From an uncultured bacterium (GTDB taxonomy: Bacteria > Zixibacteria > MSB-5A5 > UBA10806), in the NCBI GenBank assembly GCA_965541585.1, contig CBEUCH010000014.1, positions 1-64,000 of the forward strand: a DNA stretch of 64,000 nucleotides. Direction: 5' to 3'. This document shows positions 1 through 9,294 of the stretch, piece after piece. Positions within the stretch are counted from its first letter, which is position 1, and the number at the start of each line of letters is the position of its first letter. The position numbers were made by a program, and so were the translations under genes. The notes under the pieces were generated by a model, which ran no database searches, had not been told where the DNA came from, and saw only the letters and a list, made by a program, of their open reading frames with translations.

Positions 1-1030
1 TGGCCATGAGGGCAATTGTCGGACCGGGTTCACCGGGCGATGGCAAATTCTGAAGGGTTAAATCCGCCATTAATTCATCGACAAGAATTTCGACTGTCGG
101 GCCGGTCCAACCTGATGGCAAGGCCACGGCCATGTTTATCCCCGCCAGACCGAAGACACCGGAATTCAGCGAGATGGATGAGCCCGCCGGGCCGCCGGGT
201 GAGGGCAGATTCTGAAGGGTTAAATCCGCCATTAATTCATCGACAAGAATTTCGACAGTAGGGCCGGTTTCGCCTGGCGACGGCAATGCTTGCATGGTTA
301 GCTCTGCGTCGCCATTGTTGGCCATCAGGCCTATGGATGAGCCCGCCGGGCCGCCGGGTGAGGGCAGATTCTCAAGCATGATATCCGCCATAGTTGCGCT
401 GGCAATAAGTTGAACTGTCGGTCCTATAGTCCCACCTTCGGGGATATTCTGCACTATTATGGCCGCATCTTCCCAATCTACGGTTAAGGTAACAGCCATG
501 CCGGCGGTGGGACCTCCGGGGATACCCTGGATAGCCATTCCGATCTCTTCCTCACCGGCGCTGAGCTGGATACCGGCAGGTTCAATAGGGTCGGGGGGAT
601 AGATTCTCAGCGTGCTCTGCTCGGTAATTATGTCGCCGTTCACTCGCTGCGCCACGGCTGCCGTGGGTACATCGGTTAAACGGATACGGGGCCACATGGG
701 AATGTCGTTTTCCGCCTTAAGTTCGAGAGCCAAAATCTCCGTCTCAAAAGTCCTCAGATTAATCGGCTCGATACTGCCCAGCTGGACGCTGAACATACCG
801 TTGGAGGTCTGGACTTCGGGATGGACCTCCATCCATAGCAGAGTGCCTTCGGTGGGGTCGTCGAAGAGACTGAACGAGACCTCGTAACTGCCGTCGGGTA
901 CCGGCTCGCCGTCAGTGCCATTTAACTGCCCCTGGTAGTTGACCAGAATCGGCTCCTGGGCTATGGCGAAAGCCGCCATAAGGGCTAAAGCCAGCGTCAC
1001 GATCACGGTTGTCAAAATGGTCCGAATCAT
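1..1030 (-). CDS. Secreted fibre-like protein, paralogue 1 (3'-truncated by window edge; not in ORF track)
   Basis: ATG at 1030 after AGGAG. Manual translation MIRTILTTVIVTLALALMAAFAIAQEPILVNYQGQLNGTDGEPVPDGSYEVSFSLFDDPTEGTLLWMEV... gives a signal peptide plus the same YQG-L..G.PV.DG.Y..F..W.E domain as 1191-3737, 4017-5816 and 60103-63177. Frame is open to the edge, with internal GPTVEILVDELMADLTLQNLPSPG repeats. Confidence 0.85.
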   Translation of the reverse strand, partial: MIRTILTTVIVTLALALMAAFAIAQEPILVNYQGQLNGTDGEPVPDGSYEVSFSLFDDPTEGTLLWMEVHPEVQTSNGMFSVQLGSIEPINLRTFETEILALELKAENDIPMWPRIRLTDVPTAAVAQRVNGDIITEQSTLRIYPPDPIEPAGIQLSAGEEEIGMAIQGIPGGPTAGMAVTLTVDWEDAAIIVQNIPEGGTIGPTVQLIASATMADIMLENLPSPGGPAGSSIGLMANNGDAELTMQALPSPGETGPTVEILVDELMADLTLQNLPSPGGPAGSSISLNSGVFGLAGINMAVALPSGWTGPTVEILVDELMADLTLQNLPSPGEPGPTIALMA

Positions 1031-1159
1031 GTTGCTTCTCCTATCGTGAGGTTTTCGATTTTTTTGGTAATCCCTGATCTAAGATCTGCGAAGACAATAA
1101 ATTCAATTGAGAATATCAATGCCGCCTGGCGGAGCGGGATGCATCCTCGTTCTTCAGCT
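1031..1159 (-). promoter_or_regulatory. Conserved 5' leader, copy A
   Basis: About 130 nt aligns closely with 3738-3867, including an identical block TCTAAGATCTGCGAAGACAATAAATT and the AGGAG RBS. Confidence 0.7.
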
Positions 1160-1190
1160 CCCTAACGGTATCTTAATTATGAATTCAAAT

Positions 1191-3737
1191 TTATTGTTTC
1201 TCGGCCTCCAACTCCGCTATACGAGACTCCAATTCCTCTATTCTACCAAGCAATTCTTTCACCCCAGCCAGAGCCACTCCCGCCGGATCGAGCATTGATA
1301 TGTGCTTGTCATCCTCCCCGATGCTGAAAAGAGCGTAAAAATCCTGGGCCATGGGGCCGATATGTTCAATGTTTTCGTCCTGATCCTTGTAGCTCCACCT
1401 GCTGACCGGAAGTTGTTGGAGTTGTCGAAGGATTTCCTCACCATCAACGGGACGGATGTTACGCTTGGCATTCCTGTCGGATATTGATTGCCACTGCGAG
1501 GAGCCCGAGGAAAGTCTAACTCCTACTGACGCCTCTGAGTTGGAATATATATATGTGCCGCCGGAGGCGCGGACTTTGTACTGGTTGACCAGGTCGGATG
1601 ATAAATTCGAACCGGTGGCGTCAGCCCACACGAAGGCTCCCTGGTGGACGGCCTTTGCTCTGAGACCTCCGGCCAGCGAATAATTCCCGGAGGCGTTGTT
1701 TGAGGCGCCGCCCGGGATAGCAGCATGACCGCCGGAGGCGATGTTGCCGTTTCCTCCGCTCACTACGGCATTCACGCCGCTGGCGGTATTGCTCTGGCCT
1801 CCCCCGACAAATGCCCCTCCGAAACTGGCCGAATTGCTCACGCCGCCTGCGACGGTGGCGGAGCCGCCGCTGGCGTTATTGCCGCTGCCGCCGAGAACGC
1901 TGGAGAAATTGCCTCCGGCAGAATTGCTTGAACCCACAACGAGAGTGTTAGTCCCGGCATTAGTGTTGCCGGAGCCGAAGTTGCCTTTGGGAGCAACGAT
2001 GCCATCAGGTCCGAGTATTGTCGTCAGGGCTCCGCCTGTAGTATAGACGTTCAGGCCGCCCGCATGCATCTCGGTCTTAGCGGAAGAGCTGACATCATAC
2101 ATGGTAAGAGCGACTAACTCCACTTCAACCGCCAAATTGCCCTCCGGATCGAAAATACTGGCGCCGCGCGAATGCATCTCCATCTCGGCGAGAGAGTTGT
2201 GTTCAGATAAATCCAGGCTCCCACCGGTGGCATCAGCCAGAAAATCTACTACCGGCTCCTGTAGCTCACCGATTAGCAAGGACATATATGCGGAGAGATC
2301 GTCAATCCCCATATCGATTGATGGTTTTAGCGGTACATCCCCGATGAAGCCGAAGGCAATATTGGCCCCATTGCAATCGGTGTTAATACCCACGGTGGGC
2401 TTGTTGGGCGAATCGCAGGCCAAATCTATGTTAGCTCCGGCGCCGTCTATGCCGATATCGATCGAAGGCTTTGTGGGGATGTCCCCGGCAAGGCCAAATG
2501 CAATATTTGCCCCGTTGCAGTCTGTCGCTATTTCTACATTCGGCTTCTCATCCGAATCGCAGGTTAAATCTATGGTGGCTCCCGTCTGATTGGCAATGAT
2601 ATTGACCGAAGGCGTAAGGGGACTACCCCCAAGAAGGCTAATGTTTCCACCGGTGTCATCACCGGCGATGGATAAAACCACGTTTTCTATCAGACCCGAG
2701 CCTTCAATATCTCCCATCTCTATCTTTGACCCTGTTCCATCAGTAGTGATAATAAAATCCGGGTTGGGCCGGGGGTCGGCCAGTCTAAACATCGCCAGAT
2801 CCGACCAGGCGCCCCATTGAGAAGCCGAATAAACATTCCGGGCGTCCTCATTAAGCAGAAGATTCAGGCTTGCACCCGCATCATCGGCGATCAACTTTAT
2901 CTCAGGGTTTAAGGTGGAAGTGCCTTTGAAGCTGGCGCTCCCGCCGGTGGCGTCAGCCATAAAATCTACTACCGGCTCCTGTAGCTCACCGACCAGCATG
3001 GACATGTTTGCCTGTAGTTCGCCGACCCCGATACTTATAGCATCACCACCGACATCGAGGGACATGCTTGCCTGTAATTCGCCGACCCCGATACTTATAG
3101 CATCACCACCGGCATCGAGGGACATGTTTGCCTGTTGTTCACCGATCCCGATACTTATAGCATCACCACCGACATCAAGGGACATGTTTGCCTGTTGTTC
3201 ACCGATCCCGATACTTATAGCATCACCACCGGCATCAAGGGACATGCTTGCCTGTAGTTCGCCGATCCCGATACTTATAGCTTTGCCGCCATCTGAGACG
3301 GTCAGTTTGCCCGGCTCGGTAACCACATCGCCGTAAAGACGGGTAGAGATAAAGGCAAAAGGGTTTACTCCCAGCTCTATGCGAGGGATCATCGGATCAT
3401 CGTCGCCGACCTGGATCTGAATCCAGCGGCCCGCGGGATTGGTGGTGCCGCCGAATACGTCCGGTTCCAGCGGATTAATCCTTCCCAGATTGACTTGAAA
3501 AGATCCGCCCGAAGTTTCAACGCTTTGTTCTTCGGACCAGACCATGGTGCCATCTACGGGATGGTCCCAGACTGTGAAAACCAAAAAATAATTACCGTCG
3601 GGAACCGGGTTATTTACGTTATCCATAAGTTGCCCCTGATAAGACATTATCTCCGCGGCAAGCTGCGCGTAGGTTGGCGCAGTCGTTAATGAAAACGACA
3701 GAGCGACCATTAAACTGGCGAAAACCTTTGATTGCAT
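1191..3737 (-). CDS. Secreted trimeric fibre-like protein with C-terminal Peptidase_S74 (intramolecular chaperone) domain, paralogue 2
   Basis: Start moved to ATG 3737 (AGGAG RBS; signal peptide MQSKVFASLMVALSFSLTTAPTYA). YQG N-domain, GGxxNxASG repeats, then SDRNAKRNI...WSYK...HIGPMAQDF and a coiled coil, typical of S74. Confidence 0.85.
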   Translation of the reverse strand: MQSKVFASLMVALSFSLTTAPTYAQLAAEIMSYQGQLMDNVNNPVPDGNYFLVFTVWDHPVDGTMVWSEEQSVETSGGSFQVNLGRINPLEPDVFGGTTNPAGRWIQIQVGDDDPMIPRIELGVNPFAFISTRLYGDVVTEPGKLTVSDGGKAISIGIGELQASMSLDAGGDAISIGIGEQQANMSLDVGGDAISIGIGEQQANMSLDAGGDAISIGVGELQASMSLDVGGDAISIGVGELQANMSMLVGELQEPVVDFMADATGGSASFKGTSTLNPEIKLIADDAGASLNLLLNEDARNVYSASQWGAWSDLAMFRLADPRPNPDFIITTDGTGSKIEMGDIEGSGLIENVVLSIAGDDTGGNISLLGGSPLTPSVNIIANQTGATIDLTCDSDEKPNVEIATDCNGANIAFGLAGDIPTKPSIDIGIDGAGANIDLACDSPNKPTVGINTDCNGANIAFGFIGDVPLKPSIDMGIDDLSAYMSLLIGELQEPVVDFLADATGGSLDLSEHNSLAEMEMHSRGASIFDPEGNLAVEVELVALTMYDVSSSAKTEMHAGGLNVYTTGGALTTILGPDGIVAPKGNFGSGNTNAGTNTLVVGSSNSAGGNFSSVLGGSGNNASGGSATVAGGVSNSASFGGAFVGGGQSNTASGVNAVVSGGNGNIASGGHAAIPGGASNNASGNYSLAGGLRAKAVHQGAFVWADATGSNLSSDLVNQYKVRASGGTYIYSNSEASVGVRLSSGSSQWQSISDRNAKRNIRPVDGEEILRQLQQLPVSRWSYKDQDENIEHIGPMAQDFYALFSIGEDDKHISMLDPAGVALAGVKELLGRIEELESRIAELEAEKQ
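3000..3281. repeat. In-frame 60-bp tandem repeat, about 5 units
   Basis: GACATG(T/C)TTGCCTGT recurs at 3001, 3061, 3121, 3181 and 3241. Encodes ISIG(I/V)GE(L/Q)QA(S/N)MSLD(A/V)GGDA. Confidence 0.95.
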
Positions 3738-3867
3738 GATGCTTCTCCTATTGTGAAGTTTTCTATTTTTCGGTAATCCTCGGTCTAAGATCTGCGAAGA
3801 CAATAAATTTAGATGAAAATACCGATGCCGCTTGGCGGAGCCGGATGCTTCCTTAGTTCTTCAGCTT
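3738..3867 (-). promoter_or_regulatory. Conserved 5' leader, copy B
   Basis: Homologous to 1031-1159 and directly upstream of ATG 3737. Confidence 0.7.
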
Positions 3868-3916
3868 TTGAGTCTTACTGTTTCGAAGTAAGCCGGAACT
3901 TTAAGCGACGAATGAT

Positions 3917-3979
3917 AAGATAGACTAAAGAGCTCCATATAACAAGAAAAAAATGTGAATAATAGCCATTAGCGGCTAT
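3917..3979 (-). promoter_or_regulatory. Putative sigma70 promoter with upstream palindromic operator
   Basis: Minus strand TTGTTA-N17-TATCTT (3945-3917). Palindrome ATAGCC-N6-GGCTAT at 3962-3979. Same layout at 6150-6211. Confidence 0.6.
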
Positions 3980-4016
3980 GTTCAATCCCATGAATCAAAT
4001 GAGACGATCAGCAAGT

Positions 4017-5816
4017 TTATCGGGCCGTAACCATAAACAGAAAATCGTTATCGGCCGGGCTAAAATTCCCGTCCGTGATGTAGACGTCAAAAAAACTATC
4101 GCTGACCTGATTGACAGTTAATAATCGGGCGGCACTGGCGCTTGCGGGAGGCGACTCGACCTCAGCGACTGCCATCGGTATTACATGGCCAGTACCAATT
4201 GCCGTTGCGTCCAAACCGATCGTATAGATGCCTGTACTACTTCGTGAGGCTGAAGCGACTCCAAAATCGCTCTGCAGGGCGCCACTGCCGGATACTCTGC
4301 CCCAGGCAACAATGGCGTTATCGCGGTAGCGTTCACCTATGCCAACTGTTTGGGTTGCCCCGGCATCGAGACCGAGGCTCATAGATCCCTGGTTGGTTAT
4401 CTGAACAGTGATAGCCCCTTGCGCATCTTTCATAGTCACTCCACCGCCACCGTACGCGGCCTGGGGGAGAAAGTCGGGCTCCACGCCGAAGACCACCCCT
4501 CCGGCATCAATTTGTAGATCGAATGGATCCACCGGGCCGCCCGGGCCTTTCAGAAATATCTGATCCGGCGTGTACTGTGCGACGGTATCCCCGTCGCTCG
4601 TATCGGCAAACATGATGCCGTCAAGCGGATGAAAAGCGGCAATCGGCATATCAGGGCTGACCCCTATGCCTGTAAACACGGCCCCGCCCGGCCCATAGCT
4701 GGCTATGTCCGGCGAAGGTGGTTCCGGTTGCAGTTGTACAAAGACTGCGCCGCCCGGGCCGTACTGGGCGACCGTGTCGCCTGCAGTGGTGTCGGCAAAC
4801 ATAATGCCGTTGAAGGGATGAAAAGCGGCCACCGGCATATCAGGAGTGCCCCCTATGCCTATAAACACGGCCCCGCCGGGCCCGTAGCTGGCTAAATCCG
4901 GCAAATCAGGGTTGCCCCCTATGCCTGAAAACATAGCCCCCCCCGGCCCGTATTGGGCAAGCATGTCGCCTGAAGAGGGATCGGCAAACATGATTCCATC
5001 GGTATTGAACGTCGCTGTATCGGGCGAATTGGGATCTGAACTCAGTAGCCTCGAAAGAGTGATACCCGCTGCTGAGTACGAGGCTACTTTTCTTTCGTCA
5101 GCAGTCTCCGCCATAGATTCAACGTCCTCGACCGTTACCGTGAGCGTGCGAGATACCTCGGTCTCGTCACCAATATCCACAATAGCCAATCCCCCCGGTC
5201 CAAAAATAGTTGTGTCAGGCAACCCCGGAAGGTCATTGACAGATGTAAAATTAACTCCAAAAGGAGGACGATTATCTTCGCTGTCCGGGTCGCCTATCGT
5301 GGAATTAAAAAAGATGTTGTGGTCAGTCGTAATGATTCTATCCCCGAGGTCATCCGGGCCACCGGGATCTCCGATACGTATGAATGGTGTTCCCTGCAAA
5401 TCAATGCCCGTCTCGACATCTCCGTCTATGCGCGAGGCTATCTTCGAGTAGGGAGTACTGGCAATAGAAATGCGCGGCGAAAGGATCTCTCCCTCCACCG
5501 TAACCTCCATTGCTGGCAAATACTCCGGGTTAATAATCCCAAAGATATCCAATCCTAATGGATTAACGCTTCCCAGGCTGACATTGTATGCTCCGCCAGT
5601 GACCTCAACTGCCTGGGTCTCGGACCACAGGAGATTCCCCCCGGTTTCACTGTCCCAGATGCCGAATGTCATCGAATAAGAGCCATCTGGCACCGGATCG
5701 CCGGTTTGATCTGATAAATTACCCTGGAATGAGATGGGATCAGGATTAGTGCCCCATACCAGAGAGTGGGTCATTGAGACTATTCCGACTGCGAGGAGTA
5801 TTCTGGCGAGTTTCAT
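4017..5816 (-). CDS. Secreted fibre-like protein, paralogue 3 (no S74 domain)
   Basis: Signal peptide, ISFQGNLSDQTGDPVPDGSYSMTFGIWDSETGGNLLWSE N-domain, internal GIMFAD...QYGPGGA repeats, and a C-terminal AWGRVSGSG...STGIYTI tip-like domain. GGAGG RBS. Confidence 0.8.
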   Translation of the reverse strand: MKLARILLAVGIVSMTHSLVWGTNPDPISFQGNLSDQTGDPVPDGSYSMTFGIWDSETGGNLLWSETQAVEVTGGAYNVSLGSVNPLGLDIFGIINPEYLPAMEVTVEGEILSPRISIASTPYSKIASRIDGDVETGIDLQGTPFIRIGDPGGPDDLGDRIITTDHNIFFNSTIGDPDSEDNRPPFGVNFTSVNDLPGLPDTTIFGPGGLAIVDIGDETEVSRTLTVTVEDVESMAETADERKVASYSAAGITLSRLLSSDPNSPDTATFNTDGIMFADPSSGDMLAQYGPGGAMFSGIGGNPDLPDLASYGPGGAVFIGIGGTPDMPVAAFHPFNGIMFADTTAGDTVAQYGPGGAVFVQLQPEPPSPDIASYGPGGAVFTGIGVSPDMPIAAFHPLDGIMFADTSDGDTVAQYTPDQIFLKGPGGPVDPFDLQIDAGGVVFGVEPDFLPQAAYGGGGVTMKDAQGAITVQITNQGSMSLGLDAGATQTVGIGERYRDNAIVAWGRVSGSGALQSDFGVASASRSSTGIYTIGLDATAIGTGHVIPMAVAEVESPPASASAARLLTVNQVSDSFFDVYITDGNFSPADNDFLFMVTAR

Positions 5817-6149
5817 TTTGTCCTCCTTTTAATGCAAGGTGGAAATCATTTAAGTACTTTATTTAAAGAACTTATCAAGATTCATCCGATTATGTTAAGA
5901 ATCTCGTTTTCTATTCTGAGAAATGATGACTTGAGAATTGTGAAGAATAATTAGCATTAGTGGCATTTTGCGTCTCAAGGTACTTTTTCCTGCCATCGTC
6001 CGTCTAGAAAATCTGTCAAAAAGCAATTAGCGGTGAAGTCTATCGAGAACCATGGAATACGTCATATAAGGATGCCACGAACATCATTTAGCTCCTTCTA
6101 TTGAGCAGTCCATGAATTTGTCGATGCTCGTACAAATAACGGGCACAAT

Positions 6150-6211
6150 AAGATAGGAAAAAAGGTCTATCTTGTCAAGGGAAAATGAAAATAATAGCCA
6201 TTAGCGGCCAT
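6150..6211 (-). promoter_or_regulatory. Putative sigma70 promoter with upstream palindromic operator
   Basis: Minus strand TTGACA-N17-TATCTT (6178-6150). AATAATAGCCATTAGCGGC at 6190-6208 is identical to 3958-3976. Confidence 0.7.
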
Positions 6212-6290
6212 TTCCATGGATGTAATAATTAGCATGGCTTCTGAAGCGATTCAGGAGAACTTATAGGCTATGGTATTCTTACAAAGCCAC

Positions 6291-7382
6291 TCAACCGACC
6301 TGCGCTGGTTCAGAGGAATTTTCCAGTTGGTCGATGAAACTATCGAAATAGTAAGGTGTTTTCTCGAATGAATCGGAGTAAAGCGATCCCATCACCTGGT
6401 AATCGTGGTTTACGAAGCCTTCGACTGAATCATCGCAGACGTTTATATGAGTGATGGTTGTGCCCGATCTTTCCGCAGATGACGGATCAATTGCAGCGGA
6501 GTGTGCCTGATAGGTCGCCTCGACCTTTCCCGTGCGGATATCCTCCACGGGGATAGCGGTTCCGAAATGAGGAGTCTTCAAGGATGTTGTTTCGATACCG
6601 AGCGCTGAAGCCAGAGAAACGGCTCCACAACCGATTCCAAGGATGGGTCTTATGCCGATCACGCGTTCGATTTGCGATATGATCTTCTCTGAGTTTTCGG
6701 GCGCTATAGAATCGCCCGCTATGATGACACCGTCCGGGTGCAGGGCGACTATGTCCTCGGGGAACGTATCCGGAGGTACCATCCGCAGCCTGCATCCCAG
6801 TTTTTTTAAGTTCCTCAATAGATTGTAGCTGGTACCGAGATCCCAGAGGACGATGTTGTATTTTTCTTCAGGTTTTTCGCCGTTGGCCAGATCCCATAGA
6901 TATTCCTGGGGAGCGGTTACAGATCTTAAATCCTCATCGCCGTTGGAGACCGGTTCCTGCGAGTTTATGATTGCCTCTTCCTTTTTTCTATCAAGGGATC
7001 CGGTGGCATGGGGGGCAAAGGCTAAAGCATCATATAAAAGATCCCTGCGGTCCGGGATGAAACCACAGATTCTGTTTGATTTGAAATACCTGATCAGTCC
7101 CGGTTCAAGAGGATGGGATTCGGATTTTTTTATGCTGCCCATGAACACCAGAGCCGAAAGATGGGGCATGAACGATTGATTTTCTTCAGGCGAGGGCTGG
7201 CGATTTTCGACATAGACAGGATCGGTTATGACTATCTTTTTGCGGTATGCCGGATCGGTGAGAATATCCCAGCAAAAGCTCTGCGAGCGAAAATGAACGA
7301 TTTCTCCAACACAGGAACCAGCCCAACCAAAATACCTGCCGGAGAAAAGCCCGACATCTTTTACGGCCAGATATCCCCTCAT
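6291..7382 (-). CDS. Carbamoyl-phosphate synthase small subunit (CarA)-like protein with degenerate glutaminase site
   Basis: CarA-like GEIVH, ILTDPAY, WDLG, NLLRNL, HPDGVII and DDSVEG segments. GICLG is replaced by GIGCG and the HPE motif is absent. Confidence 0.7.
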   Translation of the reverse strand: MRGYLAVKDVGLFSGRYFGWAGSCVGEIVHFRSQSFCWDILTDPAYRKKIVITDPVYVENRQPSPEENQSFMPHLSALVFMGSIKKSESHPLEPGLIRYFKSNRICGFIPDRRDLLYDALAFAPHATGSLDRKKEEAIINSQEPVSNGDEDLRSVTAPQEYLWDLANGEKPEEKYNIVLWDLGTSYNLLRNLKKLGCRLRMVPPDTFPEDIVALHPDGVIIAGDSIAPENSEKIISQIERVIGIRPILGIGCGAVSLASALGIETTSLKTPHFGTAIPVEDIRTGKVEATYQAHSAAIDPSSAERSGTTITHINVCDDSVEGFVNHDYQVMGSLYSDSFEKTPYYFDSFIDQLENSSEPAQVG

Positions 7383-7692
7383 CGGGGGAGACTGCTACCA
7401 TACCATAAAGAAGTTGTCAAGCAGTTTATTATCGTTTCTGAGTTATTTTGCGTTTCCCTTAGCACTCTTCATTTCATTTAGATGAGCGGATGGTTGATCG
7501 GAGCAAATCAAGATTTCACTTGACTTATGTTGGTCGGTATTGCATGTTGAGCGCCGAAATTCAGTTTCCCGGGGGGTGAAATACCGAGATTAAGATTTTG
7601 ACAGTGTTTGCACCCGATGATGAAAACAGATCAATTAAGAGCAGCTATCTTTCGATTCAATCCGTCTCGCAATATGGGGCGGCTTTTGTTTT

Positions 7693-9279
7693 ATGATGAC
7701 AAATAGAATATTACTTTCCGTTTCGTTTTTATTAGTCCTGCCGTTTGCGGTCTGGCTTGCGCATAAAGGGCCCGGCGAATCCTCGGTATCGTATCCTCCA
7801 TATGACCTGGTTGCCATGAGTACTCCGGGTGATACCACGGGATCGGTTACGCTGAACTGGTTCTCACTTACGGGCGACGATGAAACGGCTCAAACATTCC
7901 CGGTATACGGGATCCTGAGATCTGACGCAGCTGTGGGGCCGTTCGATGAAGCAGGCGCAGTATCGTTCGAATCTCCCCGGGCTTCACCGAAGACGCGTCA
8001 ATTCAGGGATACGACGGCGGTAATCGGATCATCTTATTTCTATAAGGTGTCGTGCGAGACCCTCGATGGAGTTATCGAATCGAATATTTATGGTCCTATT
8101 CAGTCCATAGCGCAGCCGACGGATGAGGAACCGATAGGATCGGGGGACATTGTCCTGTTCCCGCCGACTCAACTTCGGGTATTCGATACTCCTGACGACA
8201 ACGGCAGTTCCATCAGCCTTGAGTGGAAAATCTCTCCCAACGATGTTCCCAAGAGCATGATGTTTAACGGCTATGATATCTTTCGATCCACAGCCCAGGA
8301 CGGGCCATATGAGCGGGTTGGCGAGACTACCGGTGGAGTATCGGATGCTGAGCGGGATGTCAAAACCCTGGCGAACGGCAGTGACGTACGCGACGGTACG
8401 CCATACTATTACTATGTAGAGGCGAAATGGAATGGCCAGAGGGCGAGATCCGATGTGGCCGGTCCTGTAAAGTCGAAACAGCAGTGGTTCCATACGGGTC
8501 GGGGAGTGTCTTTTGTGCTTCTTGGAATCCTCATAGCCTCGATTCTGTTCTACATCAACCAGGCAAAAGCCGGTAAGGAATTATTCATTCGAAAGATTGC
8601 CGGTCTTGAGGCCGTTGACGAGGCTGTCGGCAGGGCCACGGAAATGGGCAAGGAAATTCTATTTATACCCGGTATTCAGGATATGAATAACATGCAGACC
8701 ATAGCGGGGCTAACCATACTCGGTCGGGTGGCCAAACTTACTGCGGAATACGAGACGAAACTCGACGTGCCTGTATCTCGCTCTCTGGTCATGGTGGCCG
8801 CCCGGGAGATAGTGAAGGAAGCTTATCTCAATGCCGGTCGTCCCGATTTCTACAACGATGATATGGTTTATTACCTGACGGATGACCAGTTCGGCTATGC
8901 GGCCGGTATCGACGGGCATATGATGCGGAGGAAGCCGGCCACCATCTTTTATCAGGGAGCCTTTTTCGCCGAATCGCTTATCCTGGCCGAAACAGGGAAC
9001 TCAATCGGGGCTATACAGATTGCAGGTACCGCAATGCCGGCGCAGCTACCTTTCTTCGTGGCCGCCTGCGATTATACGTTGATCGGCGAGGAGTTATTTG
9101 CCGCCTCTGCATATCTTTCTAAAGAGCCGAAGCTCCTGGGTTCATTGAAGGGGCAGGATATCGGCGGCAAGCTGGTCTTTTTCAGTATGGCATTGGTGTT
9201 TATAATCCTGGCGACTGCTGCGTCATTCTCTGGCAGCGGACTGGTCGCGAAAATAGCCAGGATCTTTTCGGTTAATTAG
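7693..9279 (+). CDS. Module copy 1, subunit A: exported FN3-like domains + TM + DUF6754-like domain
   Basis: N-terminal hydrophobic segment, two FN3-like repeats (YYYYVEA), then IRKIAGLEAVDEAVGRATEMG...AESLILAETG...PFFVAACDYTLIGEEL and a C-terminal TM. Confidence 0.75.
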   Translation: MMTNRILLSVSFLLVLPFAVWLAHKGPGESSVSYPPYDLVAMSTPGDTTGSVTLNWFSLTGDDETAQTFPVYGILRSDAAVGPFDEAGAVSFESPRASPKTRQFRDTTAVIGSSYFYKVSCETLDGVIESNIYGPIQSIAQPTDEEPIGSGDIVLFPPTQLRVFDTPDDNGSSISLEWKISPNDVPKSMMFNGYDIFRSTAQDGPYERVGETTGGVSDAERDVKTLANGSDVRDGTPYYYYVEAKWNGQRARSDVAGPVKSKQQWFHTGRGVSFVLLGILIASILFYINQAKAGKELFIRKIAGLEAVDEAVGRATEMGKEILFIPGIQDMNNMQTIAGLTILGRVAKLTAEYETKLDVPVSRSLVMVAAREIVKEAYLNAGRPDFYNDDMVYYLTDDQFGYAAGIDGHMMRRKPATIFYQGAFFAESLILAETGNSIGAIQIAGTAMPAQLPFFVAACDYTLIGEELFAASAYLSKEPKLLGSLKGQDIGGKLVFFSMALVFIILATAASFSGSGLVAKIARIFSVN

Positions 9280-9294
9280 AGCGGGAGTCTTTTT

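Noticed and set aside
1031..1159. Leader as a known riboswitch (e.g. c-di-GMP, SAM, TPP)
   Set aside because: No diagnostic consensus was recognised, so it is kept only as an unknown element.
3000..3281. Regular 60-bp repeats as a CRISPR array
   Set aside because: The units are contiguous, in-frame and coding, with no unique spacers and no cas genes.
16..3689. Plus-strand ORFs such as 16-261, 612-887, 2101-2589 and 2914-3336
   Set aside because: They are antisense shadows of the minus-strand fibre genes.
3738..3803. ORF-track N-terminal extension of the 870-aa protein
   Set aside because: It runs through the conserved leader. The RBS and signal peptide indicate ATG 3737.
1191..5816. Tail-fibre-like genes as a prophage
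   Set aside because: They have signal peptides and there are no capsid, terminase, baseplate or integrase genes.
6040..6087. 15-codon minus-strand ORF (MMFVASLYDVFHGSR) with a GAAGGAG RBS in the paralogue 3 leader
   Set aside because: Too short and featureless to support without conservation or translation data.
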